Shown one piece after another: positions 61,699-64,000 of a stretch of DNA of 64,000 nucleotides. This DNA is from Rhodospirillales bacterium (GTDB lineage: Bacteria > Pseudomonadota > Alphaproteobacteria > Dongiales > Dongiaceae): the NCBI GenBank assembly GCA_009885795.1, contig VFKA01000010.1:4695-68694 (forward strand). Direction: 5' to 3'. The position numbers and the translations under genes are program-made. The notes beneath the pieces were generated by a model. It worked only from the letters and a program-made list of their open reading frames with translations, did not search any database and had not been told where the DNA came from. Within the stretch, counting starts at the first letter, position 1, and the number at the start of each line of letters is the position of its first letter.

Positions 61699-61840
61699 GA
61701 AGGAACTATCGCGAATTTATAGCCTTGCCACCCTGGACAAGGGAAGCGCGGCGTCGCCTTGCCGGCAATGAAGACGGCTTGAATTATCGTCTCGTTATGG
61801 GTTCGATAGCGGACCGCTTTCGAAGGAAAGGGACCGGCCC

Positions 61841-62603
61841 GTGGAAATGCACCAGGTGCGGTACTTTCTCGCCGTCTGCGAGACGCTGAACTTCACGCGC
61901 GCGGCCGAGGCCTGCCATGTGTCGCAGCCGTCGCTCACCCGCGCCATCAAGGCGCTCGAAGGCGAGTTGGGCGGGCTGTTGTTCCGGCGCGAGCGCGTCC
62001 ACACGCAGAATGTGCACCGTGGGGCCGCAACAATTGGCGGCCTTTCTCGCTCGGTTCTTGCAGCGCCATCCCGGCATCCAACTGAACCTCCAGGAGGTGG
62101 CGCCGAATGCCCTGGACGACGAGCTTCTGGACGGCAAGCACGACGCCGCGATCGTCGCCTCGCCCGTTCCGCTGCACGAGCGCTTCGACGCCAGGACGCT
62201 CTACCGGGAACGCTACGTGATCGCCTTTCCGCCCGGACACCGGTTCCGCGCCCTGAACCGGATCGAGGTGAAGGATCTCGACGGCGAGCGCTACCTGACG
62301 CGCACGAATTGCGAAGCCCTGAAATTCCTGGGCGACATGATCGAACGCCATGGCGCCAAGGTCAGCGAACCCTATCGCAGCGAGCGCGAGGACTGGATTC
62401 AGGCGATGGTGCTGGCCGGCATGGGTATCTGCTTCATTCCCGAGCAACTGGCGACGCTCCCCGGGCTCATGACCCGGCCGGTCGACGATCCGCTGGCGAC
62501 ACGCGACGTCCGGCTCGTCACCGTCTCCGGGCGCGAACACGGCCCGGCGCTCCGCGCCTTCCTGAAGGAGGCGAAGGGCTTCGACTGGCAGGGGTCGAAC
62601 TAG
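61841..62603 (+). pseudogene. LysR-family regulator with internal deletion/frameshift
   Basis: HTH frame [56 protein letters not shown] (frame of 61841) switches near 62008 to the frame of ORF 61917..62603 ([29 protein letters not shown]...). About 40 residues of linker/start of the effector domain are missing. Confidence 0.65.
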
Positions 62604-62636
62604 AGCGTATTCACGCTGGCTGGAGATATCATCCTA

Positions 62637-62678
62637 CCCCTGTCGCCCCGGCGAAAGCCGGGGCCGGTATGACAATGC
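62637..62678. repeat. Family C-like repeat
   Basis: cccctgtcgccccggcgaaagccggggccggtatgacaatgc (hairpin CCCCGGC/GCCGGGG). Confidence 0.6.
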
Positions 62679-62728
62679 AACGGGAAAGCCGGATGGAGAG
62701 ATTCCAGTCAGCGCGGAGCCGCTCCGAA

Positions 62729-64000
62729 TCAGTCGGTCCACTTTAGGCCATCGCGCGCCAGGCCGTCCATGACCGCGCCGATGGCCGTCCGCAAGATATC
62801 CGCCGCCTCGTCCACTTGCGCGCGGGTGATGATGAGCGGCGGGGACAGCACGACGAGATGCCCCATCGGGCGCACGACGAGACCGCGCTTCGCGGTCTCC
62901 TCGATGATGCGCCGCGGAAACTCCCAGTCGGCCGGGATCGGCTCCTTGGTCGCTCGGTCCTTCACGAACTCGATGCAGGTCATCAGGTGCATGCCGCGCA
63001 CGTCGCCGACAATCGGCAGGTCGGCGAGGCCGGCAAGCCGTTCCTGGAAGTACGGCCCGATGTCGCGAACCCGGCCGCATAGATCCTCGCGCTCGATGAT
63101 GTCGAGATTCTTCATCCCGGCGGCGCAGGCGACCGGGTGGGCGGAATAGGTGAAGCCGTTGGCGAAGAACCTACCCTTGGCCTCGGGTCCGGTCAGGCGC
63201 GCGTAGAGCCGGTCGGAGACGAGGAAGGCGCCCAGCGGCACGTAACCCGAGGTCAGGCCCTTGGCCGTGGTGATGATGTCGGGAACGATATCGAAGACCG
63301 GCTCGGAGGCGAAAATCGCGCCCAGGCGCCCGAACCCCGTCACCACCTCGTCGGAGATGTAGAGCACATCGTGCTTCCGGCAGACTTCGAGCGTGCGGCG
63401 GTGATAGCCCTTGGGCGGCACGATGACGCCGCCCGAGGCCATGATCGGCTCGGCGATGAAGCAGGCGACCTTGTCGGGCCCGATCTCGATGATCTTGTTC
63501 TCGAGATCGGCGATCTTGGTATCGAGAAAGTCGGCTTCCGACTGCCCCTGCGGACGCCGGTAGGGATTGGGCGCCGGCAGGTGATGGACGGTGTCGGTGA
63601 CGAAATCGAGCAGGCCGCGGTCGCCGGGCTTGCCCGACACGGACGCGCTCAGGAACGTGCTGCCGTGATAGGCGTACTCGCGGGTGATGATGTGCTTCTT
63701 CGCCGGCTGGCCGATGAAATTGAAATAGAACTGGACGAAGCGCAACGCCGAATCGACGGCGGTCGATCCCCCGGTCGTGAAGAAGACGTGTTTGAGATCG
63801 CCCGGCGCGTATTCGGCAAGACGGCGCCCGAATTCGATCGCGGGCGGCGTCGAGAGGGTGCCGAACGGCGAGAAATAGCAGAGCCGCCGCGCTTGGTCGG
63901 CGATGGCGTCCGCCATCTCGTCGCGCCCGTAACCGATGTTGACACACCACATGCCGCCGATGCCGTCCAGCATGCGGCGGCCGTCGGAATCGTACACGTA
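62729..64000 (-). CDS. class III (omega) aminotransferase, N-terminus beyond window end
   Basis: ORF 62729..63997 continues to the window edge. Contains ...[12 protein letters not shown]..., [13 protein letters not shown] and [14 protein letters not shown] (PLP lysine). Confidence 0.85.
   Translation of the reverse strand, partial: YVYDSDGRRMLDGIGGMWCVNIGYGRDEMADAIADQARRLCYFSPFGTLSTPPAIEFGRRLAEYAPGDLKHVFFTTGGSTAVDSALRFVQFYFNFIGQPAKKHIITREYAYHGSTFLSASVSGKPGDRGLLDFVTDTVHHLPAPNPYRRPQGQSEADFLDTKIADLENKIIEIGPDKVACFIAEPIMASGGVIVPPKGYHRRTLEVCRKHDVLYISDEVVTGFGRLGAIFASEPVFDIVPDIITTAKGLTSGYVPLGAFLVSDRLYARLTGPEAKGRFFANGFTYSAHPVACAAGMKNLDIIEREDLCGRVRDIGPYFQERLAGLADLPIVGDVRGMHLMTCIEFVKDRATKEPIPADWEFPRRIIEETAKRGLVVRPMGHLVVLSPPLIITRAQVDEAADILRTAIGAVMDGLARDGLKWTD

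Noticed and set aside
61699-61840. LysR T-N11-A box in the sulfotransferase/LysR divergent region
   Set aside because: Only a short dyad (AGCGG-A-CCGCT near 61808) is present. It does not fit a clear T-N11-A site, and the LysR gene itself looks defective.

Overview
GC-rich (by eye about two-thirds G+C, not computed), gene-dense chromosomal segment that looks alphaproteobacterial. I support about 60 protein genes, one tRNA-Asn(GTT) with its terminator, four decayed genes and two families of short intergenic repeats. I saw no rRNA, CRISPR array, transposase, integrase or phage structural gene. Many long Arg/Pro/Gly-rich ORFs in the track are antisense or out-of-frame shadows of real genes and were discarded. 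Gene order, 5' to 3': sseA (partial), an AlaX-type editing protein and a cysteine synthase. Then an MlrC-like peptidase, a hydrolase-OsmC fusion and a 4-gene peptide-type ABC importer. Then a CntA/GbcA-like Rieske oxygenase divergent from a trimethylamine-dehydrogenase-family flavoprotein. Then an mqsRA remnant, an MFS gene and a TetR-controlled acyl-CoA dehydrogenase/Rieske/SDR cluster. Then a lipoprotein-response regulator-histidine kinase operon, a TRAP transporter, a split YeeE/YedE pair, kup and a Kef-type antiporter. Then a decaying hicBA/DUF3800 islet next to tRNA-Asn. The main finding lies at about 40.4-55.1 kb: a sphingolipid (ceramide) locus. It holds serine palmitoyltransferase, a dedicated ACP, a CerR-like reductase, an acyl-ACP synthetase-like ligase and a bCerS-like GNAT. 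It also holds a lipid kinase + Tam41/Mmp37-like cytidylyltransferase + CDP-alcohol phosphatidyltransferase triad, LptF/LptG, a metallophosphoesterase and two more nucleotidyltransferases. These genes are grouped into tightly overlapping operons. Next to it (55.2-61.7 kb) are an MsbA-like ABC exporter, a methyltransferase/P-loop fusion, two SGNH-type proteins and a PAPS-type sulfotransferase. The gene content suggests a CDP-activated phosphosphingolipid head-group pathway, possibly with further modification, that standard pipelines would label only generically. All functional calls rest on motif and sequence recognition from memory; no searches were run.
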